From Vermamoeba vermiformis (taxonomy: Eukaryota), in the NCBI GenBank assembly GCA_045837725.1, contig JBEWZL010000100.1, positions 1 through 60,346 of the forward strand: DNA of 60,346 nucleotides, read 5' to 3'. This document shows, one piece after another, positions 1 to 12,824 of this stretch. The stretch's first letter is position 1. Every line of letters begins with the position of its first letter. Made by a program: the position numbers and the translations under genes. The notes beneath the pieces are model-generated. The model made no database searches. It saw only the letters and a program-made list of their open reading frames with translations, and was not told the DNA's origin.

Positions 1-420
1 TAATAATACATATAATGGTATTCAGTTAGTTGTAACAATTGTCTCTTTATTTATATTTTACAACTTAACAATAAACCGTATTTAACGGATCTGATCTCTT
101 CTTTACTTAAGACGTACAACAAAGGTACGCTTCAGTTTCATAGAATACGTTATTATAAGCATGATAACACGTGCCTTACCCAAGCCAAACCAAAGCAATC
201 TAAAATTTAGAGTCGAATCAAAGTAGCAAGCTTCGTCTCCAGTTTACTGTGCTATGAACTTCGTCAATATATTAAGATAAATCAAAAAGATGTTTATGTT
301 GCTCTGATCAGGCAACTCAACGATCGATTTAATCGGTTAAAGACTGTTAATTTTAAATCGCGATAGCACGACCACAATCCCAGCTCGCCCAACAGTCAAT
401 TGTAGTTGCTAATTATAGTA

Positions 421-1932
421 ATGGAGTTCAACAGTCTTCCTGCCGATTGTCAGCAAGAGGTTTTTCGCCGGTTGAGAACTGAAGACTTGATCACGTAAGT
501 AAAAATATCTACAAAAATTCTATTTTGAAATCTGAGACTTCCATATAATATTATATTGCACCTATTATAAATAATAATCGCTGCGTTAATTTTAATAATT
601 TTTTTTCGCAGTCTTTCATCGGTAAATCGAAAATGGAATGCTAGAGCTTACGGTCTGATCAAATACGCTGAACTGCGACATCTTACATCGCGTCAATTAA
701 TATCTAAGCTGACAAACCTTGAGGAATTAAGTTTGAATTTTTTTGAGTACGATGCGATCTGGTGGTTTTATGGCTTGACCGAAGAAATGCTCCTATTAAC
801 AAACTTAAAGCGCCTTCGTGTTGAAATTATTGTTCATACCGAGGATCCATCGGACATTACGAATCCAACTGTTGCACCTTACTTCAACATCTTGAAGCAG
901 ATGACGTACTTGGAGAAGATCTCACTTTTAACCACTAAAACGCCAAACTTGGACGTATTCTTTCCTGGCTTCTCGCGCTTGACTTCGTTATCAATTAATG
1001 CACCATTTGAAACAGGTAATAATCAAATTAAATTTGGTACATCCAGTACGCGGTACAAACAAGACGTTAAATATCATTATAATTAGTCCAAAATTATACT
1101 AATAATACTAAGGTAATATTATAGTGATATGCGCTAACAAATAATGTTCACAGATTGCTCAGAGATGTGGAAGATCTCGTCGCAATTGTACGAATTGAGT
1201 TTTACTTGGACCAATCACGCGACACTACTGCCGCTCAAATATGCATCTAATTTGACGTACTTGCACATTGGATTCAGTGGCCCTAAGAACAGACTAGCTC
1301 ACATGACCAATCTCAAAATGTTGTCTGTCAATTGTGAGGGCCGACCAGTCCCGATTGAGAGCGGAGATTTAACGAGATTGCGACAGCTTGAAAGTATCGC
1401 ATTCACATCATACGACGACATCGCACTAGACTTTGTGACAGTATTGCCTAATTTGGTATGGCTCCGTAGCCTCGAGTTGGACGTCGACCTCTTCACCGAC
1501 GAACATGCGGAAAAACTGAACGAAATTTCACGGTTAGTGAACCTCACGAGTTTGTCGGTAGATTCGGATGTATCTCCGACAGGCTACGTCTCGCATCTGA
1601 AGAACTTGAAACGATTTGGACGGGTTAATTGGGCCAGCGAATTGCCGTACTTGATGCGCTTGCCTAATTTGGAATATTTGAAGTACAGCGGTGACGTGCT
1701 AGGAGAGCCCATTGAAAGTCTTGCAAAGTTAACGTCATTGACTGAACTGGATCTGGAGAACCCTGCACTGCCCACCGATATTATTAACGGCAGTGTCGTG
1801 GATCTGGTGTTTGACAAGTTACCGCGCGTCAGGAGATTAAAGTGGAGTAAAACTGGTCGTGGAGGCATGCAACGAACTTATTTGCGAAGTGATTGGAAAC
1901 ACTCGCGCAAATACGATGAGGAGCTTTTTTAA
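421..1932 (+). CDS. F-box/leucine-rich-repeat protein (3 exons)
   Basis: ATG 421 gives MEFNSLPADCQQEVFRRLRTEDLIT/LSSVNRKW (F-box-like LP..VF..L...DL..LS.V.R.W) across a GT-AG intron (~495-611). LxxLxxLxL repeats follow (LTNLKRLRV, LVNLTSLSV, LTSLTELDL). Second intron ~1016-1153. Stop TAA 1932. Confidence 0.8.
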
Positions 1933-2162
1933 GAAAAACCTGCAATCAGTCTTCAAGTACAATAAAGTTTACTTCGGTAACAGCTATTATTTAGTGGAAA
2001 AGAAATTTTAGGCATTAGCAGTCTTGATCATAGGGTAAGGGTACTCTAGTGGCTTAGCCGAGGCAAACAGCTAGACCGGATTGTTGAACACAATTATAAA
2101 ACAATCGTAGTATTTACAGCATTTATCACAACAGGATTGATCAGCGAGATGAGATCCGCAAG

Positions 2163-4397
2163 TTACTGATGAAGATTGCTCGCGACATCATTAGTACCAG
2201 TATTATTGTTTGTTATGTTATTACTATTATGATCATCAGTCTCTTCACTAGGCTTCGTGCTCGGTTTGTTCGTGCTCGATTGAGTTGAGGGCACATCCGG
2301 TAAAGTTCGTTGTTTTGGTACTTTTTCACTGATTAACATGCACGTGATGACTTGCGACAAAATTTCAGCCTAAAATAGATTAATATAGATTCGATAACTA
2401 TTATTATATACTTACGTCTACTAGTGCCGAATGCTGCGTCAATCGCGTGTCCAAGTTGATGTTGAACTGCACGGCAAGATCGTTCAGTGAATAACTCCGA
2501 TTCGGATATTTTTTCCTAAACCAGCTCTGCGTGCAAAAAACAGATCTTTTGGCGAATTTATCACTCAAATCTAACCGTTGAATCTCGTTGATAAGAAACC
2601 TCATACTAAACAGAGTTGTTGGTACTAACACGTGAATTTCCATATTTGGTAATGACATACTCAAACGGGGCATTGTGAGCTATGAGGGGTGATTTTCCGA
2701 TGAATTGTAAAAAGCTGGCCATTACAAACTACAAAAGTGTTAAACTATTAGTGACACGTGTCAACTGAAACTTCGAATAGAATCCGTACCTGAATAGGAG
2801 GACTCGCTTGTAACAACTGAGGTGTAATTAAGTGCACGGCTTCGGCCCTGTAGTCGACCACTGCAAAGTTTTCATGAACGGTTAATTCACTGAACGAAGT
2901 TTTCACAGAATAACGTACTTTTCCGTGGCTGAGCGTACGATTGAAACAGCACTCCCGTTCTGTAGCCGTCAATAACTTCCACGGCACCGATCTCGATGAT
3001 GCTGTCGTCATTGGAGAAACCTAAATTTGGTAATTAGCAACAGTCCGAAGTGACACTTTGACACGAGAAAGTTGACACGTGCCTGAAGTCTCGAGATCAA
3101 AAATCACAGCTCTGCCTTTGACTATTGTGGTAATGTCGTCAGTGATCTCGCAGTACGGAGCTCGATTGAGGACTGCTTGAGAGGGACCTTTGTTGGCACT
3201 AGAACTCGTGCTGGAGCTCGTCGAAGTGAATGAAAAGCCTTCGTTCTTCCAGCCCTCGATGAGTCTATTGCGCAGTTCTGACTTGAGTTTCTGTCTGTCT
3301 TTTGTCGAGGTCACTGTTTGCTTGTCAATCGACGTCTTCGATGAGAACCAGATCGGCAAGGCACGTGATTGCGTGGACGGCGGAACATCGTCCATATTGT
3401 CCCCGTCGTTGTTATTCGTATTATTGCTATTATTCACATCAGAAATATTCACAGTATTATTTACAGGTTGATTTTGTGTGCTGGTCGCGTTGTTGGTGTT
3501 TTGGATCGCGCCAGAACTACTTTGCTTAGTGAACTTCTTTCTATTAGTATTCGTATTATTATCATTAGTATTCATATTATCGATCGTATTGTCCGTCAAA
3601 AAAACTTCATTTTGACTGTCTTGAGATCCAGGGCCGATCGCATTTGGCGGTCGTTTTGATTTTGCTTTAAATATCTTGCGCTGCTGAATTGACCCTGATT
3701 TTTGAGACTGACTAGGCACTATATTATTATCTTTCTTATTGTTCGCATCGCTGTTGTCCGTAACTTGGGTCGGATCTATTTTCGCGGACGGAGCACCAAT
3801 GTCCAAATCTTCTTCGATCTTATTATGCACATATTGACTAGTAATATTGTTTGTGTTATTTGCAGGTTCGATATGAAGGCTATTAATAGGCTTAGTGACT
3901 GGTGCAGGGGTGCTAATGATATCTTGACTCAGATCGTCAAGTGCGTCGAGTAGATGCGCCATTCGTTCTTCACCGCTAGTCATATTATTACTATTTTGAG
4001 TATTATCGTCGTTATTAGGACCTTTTTGTGAAGTTTCTTGAGCAGATCTGTTTGGGGAAGCGGATTCGATCTCCATTTTGTTCTCGTCTCTTTCTTCTTC
4101 AGCAATATGCTCCTTATTTTCTATATTATCGACATCTATATTCTCTTCATCGCTATCATTCAGTTGAATGCCTTCTTGCGTGCCTAAAAGATCTCCCTCG
4201 TGATCCATCTGCGTCACCAAGTCGTTAAAATCTTCTCCATAATTAGTCTTATTCAATAAATCATTTTCTTTGTCGTAGTCCTTGGCTTGATCTGCTTTTA
4301 GTTTTTCTTGGAAAGTCAAAGATGACGGTGATTTTTTGAAGCTTGATCCGCCAGTCTCTTTTTCCATAAAATCGAGTAAATCTTCTTCAGGCTCCAT
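2163..4397 (-). CDS. DEDDh 3'-5' exonuclease (DnaQ/Pol III epsilon-like domain) behind a long acidic/Asn-rich disordered N-terminus
   Basis: Spliced C-terminus reads AVIFDLETSG-FSNDDSIIEIGAVEV (ExoI), LIAHNAPFDMRFL (ExoII), HSALVD-AEIL (ExoIII). All catalytic residues are present. ATG 4397 (MEPEEDLL), stop 2163. Confidence 0.85.
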
Positions 4398-4796
4398 ATT
4401 TAATATTTGTGTATGATATCTAATGGTTATAAGAGTAAGATTCACGCTACTAACAATTAAGAATAGAAATCAATTTGTAAATTCGATTTTAAGCGCATTG
4501 GTTTTAGCTCCAAATGCACCTTAATATTAATTATAAATAATACTGCATGTTAATAATTATTGTAATTTTTTAGGCGCAACCGAAGCAGAGATCTGATGAC
4601 TAAATTTGTTTGGGGAGTAACAGAGCATAACTGGCCCATACTAGAACTAATAACTACCTACCTATTAATAAATGTACTATTTGAATTGACAAAACATAGC
4701 TCTGCTGTGGTGTTCAGATCTGATTTTCAAAAAAGAGCGGGATCTGAAGAAACTCGTATCTTTTTCGTTTTTTGACACTTAGAGGCCCTTCATTGT

Positions 4797-6778
4797 TTAT
4801 TTCTTAATAGCAGTGAAGAAATTACAATGATACAAGCTCTCTAACATTGAACGCGTGTTGGATGTGTAACGCGTATCCACAGTACTTTCTTGTTTGACCT
4901 CAAAACCAAGATCACGCACTACGCGCATAAATTGCTCGTTGGTGAGTTCAATTGATACCTCGCCTTGGATATCTGAATAATGATACAGCAAAGGACCTAA
5001 GAAAATTTAAAAAAAAGTTAGCGGATGTACCTTAATCATATCATAGCAAAACATGTTAGACGTACCTAAATTGATCCAAACACCTCCCGGCTTTAATATC
5101 TCACGAATGGTCTCGACGTACTCCACAATATTGTTTGCTGTGTCCATAAAAAAGCAAGTACAAACCGCATCCCAACTCTCTGTTAACAATTATCGATTAG
5201 ACGAGCACGATTATGTAATATTAATTTATATTATTATACTTACCCTTTTGGCTCTTATATATTTGCACGAATTCACCGGCGCTGTACGAGAAGTCGGCGC
5301 CTTTAGGCAGATCTGACGGCAACACGTCTGGAATTGTTACTGGGCGAGTTTGATCGGCAAATGTCTTGATATTGGAGAGCTATATTACAAATATTAGAAT
5401 GTATCTTGTTAATAGCCAAAATACGAAGTAGCAGCCTGCTCTGGATCTCGTTATTTCGAACAAAACATAATCATTTCATTTTTGTTAGCATTCAATAGAC
5501 GGTGCTTTATTTATTAAGAATATGTGCTTACTTGGTGAATAAAAGGATAGATCGTATATTCATCAATCTTAGTCGTTCTGTTGAGCATAAAGTTGGACGG
5601 GATCAACATGAAGTACGAGAACTCATTTCCTTGGCAAGCATAGCCTACGCGCAACATATGATGAGTAATTACGATAATTTATGGCACAATGATACAGTTT
5701 AAAATATGTTAAATTGATTTGTAACGAAATTTCCTAAAAAGGAAAAAGTGGAGTTTTTCAATTGAAAAATTGTAGGTTGTACTGTACCTCGTTTGCAAAT
5801 CTCATAAGGCAATCGACCCAATCCAGACCCAGGACATACTACGCGATATTTGTATCGAGTTTCATCGGTGATTGGCAAATATTTTTCGAGCTCTTGCATG
5901 ATCGGCAAAAAGCACTTGTTTCTTTCCTCTTCTCCCTAATAAACTCATATAAATTAATACACTGCATTATATGGCAGAAATAAGAGTATTATAGGCACAC
6001 CTCTTTGCTCCATTCACGCACGAATTGTTTGACAGTACTAACAACTTTGTCCATATTAAATTCGCTCGTAGCCACTGCGTTGAATTGTTGTTGTGCCTTG
6101 CCTGAATAATCCTAATATCGTATTATAATCATCTATTATAATATTAGTATCCTAAGAAGCGTCAGTACGTACATAATTTTCATTCTCGAATATTCTATCG
6201 TTCTCAATAACTTTATCCAAGAACTTTGCGTTCGCTTTAGCAAGTGCGCCTAGTTTTTTTAATCGTTCAGGTTGATCGGCCGTTAATCTAACAAAATAAC
6301 TACATTAATTGACTCGATCTTGCGAAGCTCATTTTCTTTTTGTTTCAAACGAAAAAATTGGCCAAAAAATGTATAAATATGCTTTATATACGTACTTCTT
6401 ATGAGAATCAGGGATTGTAGTCCAATCAGTGTGCATGCGCGTGTAAGTTTTTGAAGCGTAAATATAATAATAAGAAAATGATTGAAGGACATTAGAAAAA
6501 TGTTCTTGCTCCTCCAGTGCTTCTATTTCTTCTTGCGTCACTTATAAAAAATATTAAATTAATTAAATAAGCCCGTGGAACTGTAAACCGAAAAACTTGA
6601 CAAGATCCGGTCCAAAAAAAAAGCTAAAATAATAATTTCGATACAATAGTATAGTATAATATTATAGCTTACTCTGACTCATGTCAGTATCATTCGGATG
6701 CGGATGAGCGTGTCCGTGACTGTGATCATGACTGTGGCTGTGGCCGTGCGCGTGATCGTGACTATGTGAATGCTGCAT
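4797..6778 (-). CDS. CARNMT1: Carnosine N-methyltransferase-like (N2227 family) SAM-dependent methyltransferase
   Basis: Exons give [33 protein letters not shown] (motif I), [72 protein letters not shown]. First exon is [28 protein letters not shown]. Confidence 0.9.
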
Positions 6779-6922
6779 AATATTTATAATAATATTGTGC
6801 TTTTAGTCGCAAAATTAAAACTTAATTTGCCCGCTTTGATTCATTTTTTTGTTACCGTTGTGGATCGCACACCTAACGAACTGCACTTTGTAAATGTATA
6901 TTTAATTATTTAATTTATAACA

Positions 6923-9900
6923 ATGGGCGATATGTATGATAGTGCTACTGTTCAATTCATAGATCAAGAGATTGATAAGCTGTAAGTGCAAACATTTGCA
7001 ATAATGGCACGAGCAAAATTATCGCCATTATAATTTTTATTATTTTTAGAAATTATTGGAATTTAGTATAATAGTGAATAATGAAATACGCTGTCCGATA
7101 TCAGATATTATTTATTTTCTTTAACACATCCGCGCTTTCTTTGCGCACGGCAACCATTTTAATATTATTTATATTTAGCTTGCATAAAGCGCCTGCAAAG
7201 AAAACGAGATTTTCTTCGTTCGAAGATCTCTATCAAAATTTGGCGGAACCGCAGTCTGAGCCCATTCTACAGGCCAATAATATTAGAATAAAGCAAGAAA
7301 CTGCTGCTCAAATATACGTAGAAGAAGGAGCAGTACCTTTAGCGGCCGAATCTGACGATGAAGAAATTTACATAGCAAATCCGATCCCGCATCCGGTACT
7401 AGACCGAGAAATCAAGCAAGAAAATCGTCAATATGAAGAAAAAGAAGAAAAAATAATAATTGAAGGCGTATTTGATCAATTATACTACGCTCATATTAAA
7501 ACTGAAGAGGAACCGGATCCCCCTTCGAACCACTACTTTGACGAACACGTTGAACAGCCTCAAGAAGTCAACGGCAATGAACAATATGACGAACCTGATA
7601 TAGATGGCGCCCCTTATATCAGCATACCAGTAGAGTCCCAAGAAAACAATATCACTAAGGAATTAGCTTCGATCAACAGTCAGTCAAACAACGATTTTTT
7701 GAAAGAATTAGATTCGCTTCAGACAACAGCAGAAACACCTAAAATTAGACTTAGATCAACACCAAATAATAGTAATAATAATTCTATGCATATTGAAGAA
7801 AGACCAAGTCAGCAGCCGGATCCGATAATTGACGAACCATTAATTGATTTAAATGGCGATGACAATGCTGATAAGCGCGCAAACGAGTCACAGGAAGTAT
7901 ATATTACGGGTATGAATATTAAACAGCCCATTATCAAGGACATATTCAACGATGACGATGATTTTCAATCGCCTGTCAAAAAATCTAGTACTAACGCCAA
8001 AAAAGATACCAAAAAGTCATCAAAAAATGCTGCAGCCCAACTAAAAAGCAAGATTAATAATAATAATGGCAATGTTACGGAAGATAAGGACAAAAAAGCG
8101 AAGAATAACCCGAGTAAGCCTGAGACCAAGCTGAAACTACTGCCGCCAAACGAGAAAAAAGCAGCGGAAAAAAGTAATATTTCCAAGAATAAGAATGCAG
8201 TAGTTGAATCAAAGGCCGCAGAAGAATCGTCGAACACTAACGGCGCATCTGAGAACAATAATAATAATACTCAGATCAGTCGTAGCAAAAGACGAGTAGT
8301 CCTTGAGAATATGAATAAGAAGTATACCGATGAAACTAGGATTGTCGATGGATATTTCGCGAACAAACAAAGTACCACGACTGCAGCCACATCCACAAAA
8401 AGATCACCGAAGAAAAGATCGCAAGACAATACAAAGATCCTTCAGGTATATAATTTCTAAACTATATCATATAGTAATATATTAGTAACGATTTTATATG
8501 CTAGCGATGGACTTTGTATTGTTGGGGACGAAGAGGATTCATGCGCCATATTGAATTCAGCGTGCCGTTATTAAAGCATCGAAAGTAAGCTACAATTATA
8601 TTTAATAAGCTTACTAATGAATGTTATTTAGTTTGATTACGTATTACAAGACGTTATTAAATGAAAATCGACCGCGAATCAAAGTGGATAAAATCAGATC
8701 CAGTACACCAAACCATATTCATGTATTATCGCTAGACATGAGTGCCATAACATATGTTATTAACTTGGGCGATAAATTATCGCTGAATAAGCAATCTGGT
8801 ACGTACCTTATTATTATACATTCGATTTTCTGGATATTAATTATTAATTTATTATTCTCAGCATTTGTAAATAAGAAAGGAATTCAATATAAAGGAAGGC
8901 TATATAAGTCGATAGAAGAATGGAGTAGCGCATGTTTAAAAGAAACCTCGTCTCCGAAACTAGATCTCGCTACGTTATTAAGTAAGATCGAGGTTAACAA
9001 TAAGGGCTCATTCAAACAGGCTATGGCGAGGTCCAATCCTTCGATTCATATGTAAGCGTCGTATATTTGTGCCAAGATACCTTATTTAACGACTTTTCTT
9101 TAGAATGAAATCGCATCCGTTCCTCAAACGCAATGTAAATAGATTTATCGACGTAGCGAGGAAGAGATCAGGCAATAAGACTTTGTTCTCGAATTTAAAT
9201 AGCATTAAATGGCCACCTGAAGAGGAGCCTGCGAGGTACATTTACCCGAGTGATTACAAAAATCGGCTTGATCTGCCGATCGAAGACAAACCGAAGGTAC
9301 TGAGTGTTAATTAGCAATCTTATCGATACAACATATACTAATATGCTAATAGAAGAGGAAAGCCCCGACTTCTGAACCTTCAAACGAGCGTCCTAAGAAA
9401 AAGCAGAAAACCGCACCTGAACATAATGATAATGGTGTTGCCGATCATAGTAATCCATACTTGACGCGAAGAAATAAGGATTCAGAACCTGTTGTTGATG
9501 AACGGAAAGAAAAGAAAGCTGAAGAAAAGAAACCAAAGAAAAGACAAAAGCCGATCGAAGAAAAGCCAAAAGAATCAGCGATAATTAAACAAAAGACCGA
9601 TAAGCCTAAAGATAAGCCTAAGGAGAAGCCTAAAGATACTCATAAGAAGCAAAAAGAAGTCCGAGAAAAAGAACGAGAGTCCCCGATCTTAGAACGCGCG
9701 GAAAAATCAGCTAAAAATAGAACAGAAATCCGAGTGGAGAAGCCTAAACCAGTCATTTCTATTCATAAGGACTATATTGATGAAATTAATGGCTCGAGCA
9801 ACAAGAACACGAATTACGCAAAGTCGAAAGAAAAGGATCCTTCTAGATCTAGCTTGAGAGAGCTTGTCAATGCGCAACAGAAGAAGAAAAAGAGTAGTTG

Positions 9901-10051
9901 GTTGCAAAATATTAAACCAACCAATACCAACACTGATTCGAAGACCCCAGCTGAGATCCCAAGTACCGAACAGAGGATCAACTTGACTGCAAGTTCAGAG
10001 AAGCAAATTGTTATCGAAGACGATGATATATACAACGAATTCTTTTCTTAA
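6923..10051 (+). CDS. Large, mostly low-complexity (E/K/N-rich) probable nuclear protein with a small central folded domain
   Basis: ATG 6923 exon MGDMYDSATVQFIDQEIDK splices to a long exon (~7179-8446) and further GT-AG exons, ending at TAA 10051. Contains IKxE SUMO-like motifs and Lys-rich NLS-like tracts. Divergent from CARNMT1 across ~145 bp. Confidence 0.65.
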
Positions 10052-10188
10052 TACTTTACTAGCTGAATTATTATTGGTAAGTTTTCAACTTCTCGATCCA
10101 AATACTAATTAAATTCTAATTTATTTTACTTAGTACCAGATGACCGTATACTAATAGGGTACTATAAAAGTATGTTAATATTATACAG

Positions 10189-11883
10189 TTAGCTTTCGCT
10201 CAGAGGCTTCTTTTGCTCCGTTAACTTGACACCGTCAGTAGCCTCTTTGTCGCTATTTTTAGGCACACTGAACACTTGCGACAGCATCGCATTAGTTGCA
10301 ACATTGAATATACCCGCCAAGCTAAGTGTAATGACGGCCGATAGAGGTATGTAGATTAATTCACAAACAGTCCAGGCCACCTCGATGATGCGTGTTGAGA
10401 AGAATAACGCAGTTGTGATGAAAATCTTGTCCGATAACTACGAGTACGGAATCGTTAGTCTTTAAGTCAAGGTCTCAAATAAGCTAAATTTTTCTTGGAA
10501 TCTTACTTTCTTAATTATTTTTCGCTTATTGTCAGACACCGCTGCTTTGCTCTTCAACGACTTCAACAATTTCGACCCCAAAATCAGCCAACTGATAGTT
10601 ATCGCCTTAAATACAAGGCAAGTTAGCTTGTTAGTTAGTTTAGATGTTGTTCGTACAAGTGCCACGACGAAGTAGACAACAGGCACCAACACTTTAATAA
10701 TCCGAGCGCTCGGGACGAGAATATTGAACGGTAATAGCAGTAATAAGATTACAATGATAACCGCAGCTACGATTAATGGCACGGCAATTCGTTTTGAAAT
10801 CTTTTTCTTTGGCACTCCTCGCACATCCGTCATAATGTCGTACCTGTACGATTAGCTTTTGATAGCTATAATAACGTAATCAAGAACCTACCAGAACACG
10901 CAGATAGCGAGACATGCGAGTGTTTGACAGGCATCAGCAAATACTAAAAACAAAGCAAAAACTTCGAGGTAGCCGACCAGATTCAGAAGATTGCGCACTA
11001 TCACGTAAATGAAAACTGCTGCCAAATCCAACGAACCAATCGAGATTAATATCAGACTGACTTGTGCAATAGATCTCTGCAGCCCTGCAGCATACGAATT
11101 AAATCTAAGACTACTGCAATGTTTGATATTAATAACACCTACCGTTGACAGAAATTATTCTTCCCAATTTCAATAACGATAATATAGATGCTGCTAATGA
11201 GCACGCTATTGTAATTGCGTATAAAGTAAGAGCTAAAATCGACTGATTCATCTCTTTCCATTCGTTTGGATCTGCCACAAATAATATTAGGAAATATGGA
11301 GCTAGAATAACTGCGTACGTACCTCCGCTAGCAAATAATCCTTTCAAATTAGGGTCGTTACTGAGTAACTCCTGCAATAGGGCGATATCCTAAGGCATCA
11401 TAAGATTACAATTTAATGATTAAGGTAGACTTACTCCGAAGCTGATCTGGGCCCTCGGAAAATAAACGAAATAATTCTGTATATAAATGTAATTGTATCC
11501 GACTGGTCTATCTGGGCTAGGGAATATTACTCCCTAATTCCGAATTAGAACAATAAAGACATAAATCTTATTTTCAATTTTATAATAATCAACTTACCAC
11601 TGCACCATAACTACTCCAGTCGGTGTTGCGACATCCCCCTGCATCGTACCCCAAAAACACCCAGATGGCTCCACGCAAATCGGATGTGTTCCGTGTCACC
11701 TGACACTCGACTATATCCACCAATTTAATCGGGGCATAGATTGAGAATGAATTGTTTTGCGCGAAATTAGGCGTATCTAAAGTTACATTGCCTAATAATT
11801 CGGATATTACCAGTATCGGCAGAACGCCGCTAAGTCTGGACACAAACAAAATCTTGAAATAGCGAAAAGATTAGAGTTGCACG
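10189..11883 (-). CDS. Membrane protein with PA-like extracellular domain and about 7 TM helices (paralog 1); 5' end apparently damaged
   Basis: Signal-peptide-like segment, extracellular region (ECQVTRNTSDLRGAIWV...GGCR), then serial hydrophobic helices across GT-AG exons to TAA 10189. No clean ATG found, and the signal-peptide frame needs a 1-nt shift near 11855. Confidence 0.6.
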
Positions 11884-12044
11884 TCAGCTTAATATATTTA
11901 TATGCGCTCACCACTACTATTTCGAATTTACGTGTGTTCATCGGGACGAATAAACAAAATCTTTTAACTATTAAATCAGAACTGACACTTCCAAAATTGG
12001 TTAAAAAGTTTTTCTTTATTTACATACCACGCACTACGGACTCG

Positions 12045-12305
12045 TTAGTTCTCGTAGTGAATGACGTACTCGGGATAGGCCTGTGCATTGTCAAAGATGA
12101 CAGACATGTTTTGATTGCCCACGCTGTCATATCGCTTGCCATTTTGGCCCGGGATCTCAGGAGGACGACGCAAGCCTTGCGAGCCAGGACCGACCTTGCC
12201 CAACAAGACACGGCAGTACAGCATCTTGTGTGCCAATTTGTGCTCGTCAGCATAGAAGTTGTGGCCCCATTGGTTCACGTGTCTGCGGTAACGCTTGTAG
12301 TTCGC
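12045..12305 (-). pseudogene. 3' fragment of a PARP/ADP-ribosyltransferase catalytic domain (mono-ART type)
   Basis: KMLYCRVLLGKVGPGSQGLRRPP...RYDSV...MSVIFDNAQAYPEYVIHY* matches the PARP catalytic C-terminus (RVL.G, RPP, YDS, VIF...Q.YPEYVI.Y). The upstream HG and GxYFA motifs are absent. Confidence 0.75.
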
Positions 12306-12683
12306 GTGACCCTCGAAGAAGTCAGAAAACAAGTTGAAGCCACATTGAAAGAGACAGCCGAGAAGAAAAAGATTTATTACACAGTTGAATACAACGGATT
12401 TCACGCTGAAGGCTGCGTCATGGACAAAAACGACCAGATGATGAAACTGTTGGGCGAGTGTCACAAGAAAGTGACCAATCAGGAACCAGTCTACGCACCA
12501 GTCACGTGCACCACTGACGCGCGATTCTTCCAATTGTATCACAACACACCTGCTACTTGTTACGGCCCTGAAGCCTCGAGCATTCACGGCATTGACGAGT
12601 CAGTTAGTCTGGCCAGCATGAACAGCGTGGCACGAGTCTTGGCTGTGTTCATGGCCGAATGGTGTGGCCTGGAAAAGATTTAA
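12306..12683 (+). pseudogene. 3' fragment of an M20 (ArgE/DapE, acetylornithine deacetylase-like) peptidase
   Basis: VTLEEVRKQVE...YNGFHAEG...TCTTDARFF...PATCYGP...IHGIDESV.L.S...VARVLAVFMAEWCG is a typical ArgE-family C-terminus. The N-terminal metal-binding half is absent. Confidence 0.8.
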
Positions 12684-12824
12684 TAAAATTAATAAATTTT
12701 ATGAAATTCCGCTGTGAGTAGAAATCAGAACGGAAGTAGGTCAAAATAAAAGGCTGTTTGTTTTTCATGATGCTTTATCATAGGACATACTATTATGATA
12801 CAAGTGTTCTTCAATAATTTCATA

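Noticed and set aside
11877-12305. N-terminal part of the 268-aa ORF as a full-length deacetylase
   Set aside because: It is the antisense of the PARP fragment and its 3' flank. No M20 motifs occur before 12306.
12306-12587. N-terminal part of the 180-aa minus-strand ORF as part of the PARP
   Set aside because: It is the antisense of the ArgE fragment and lacks the PARP HG and GxYFA motifs.
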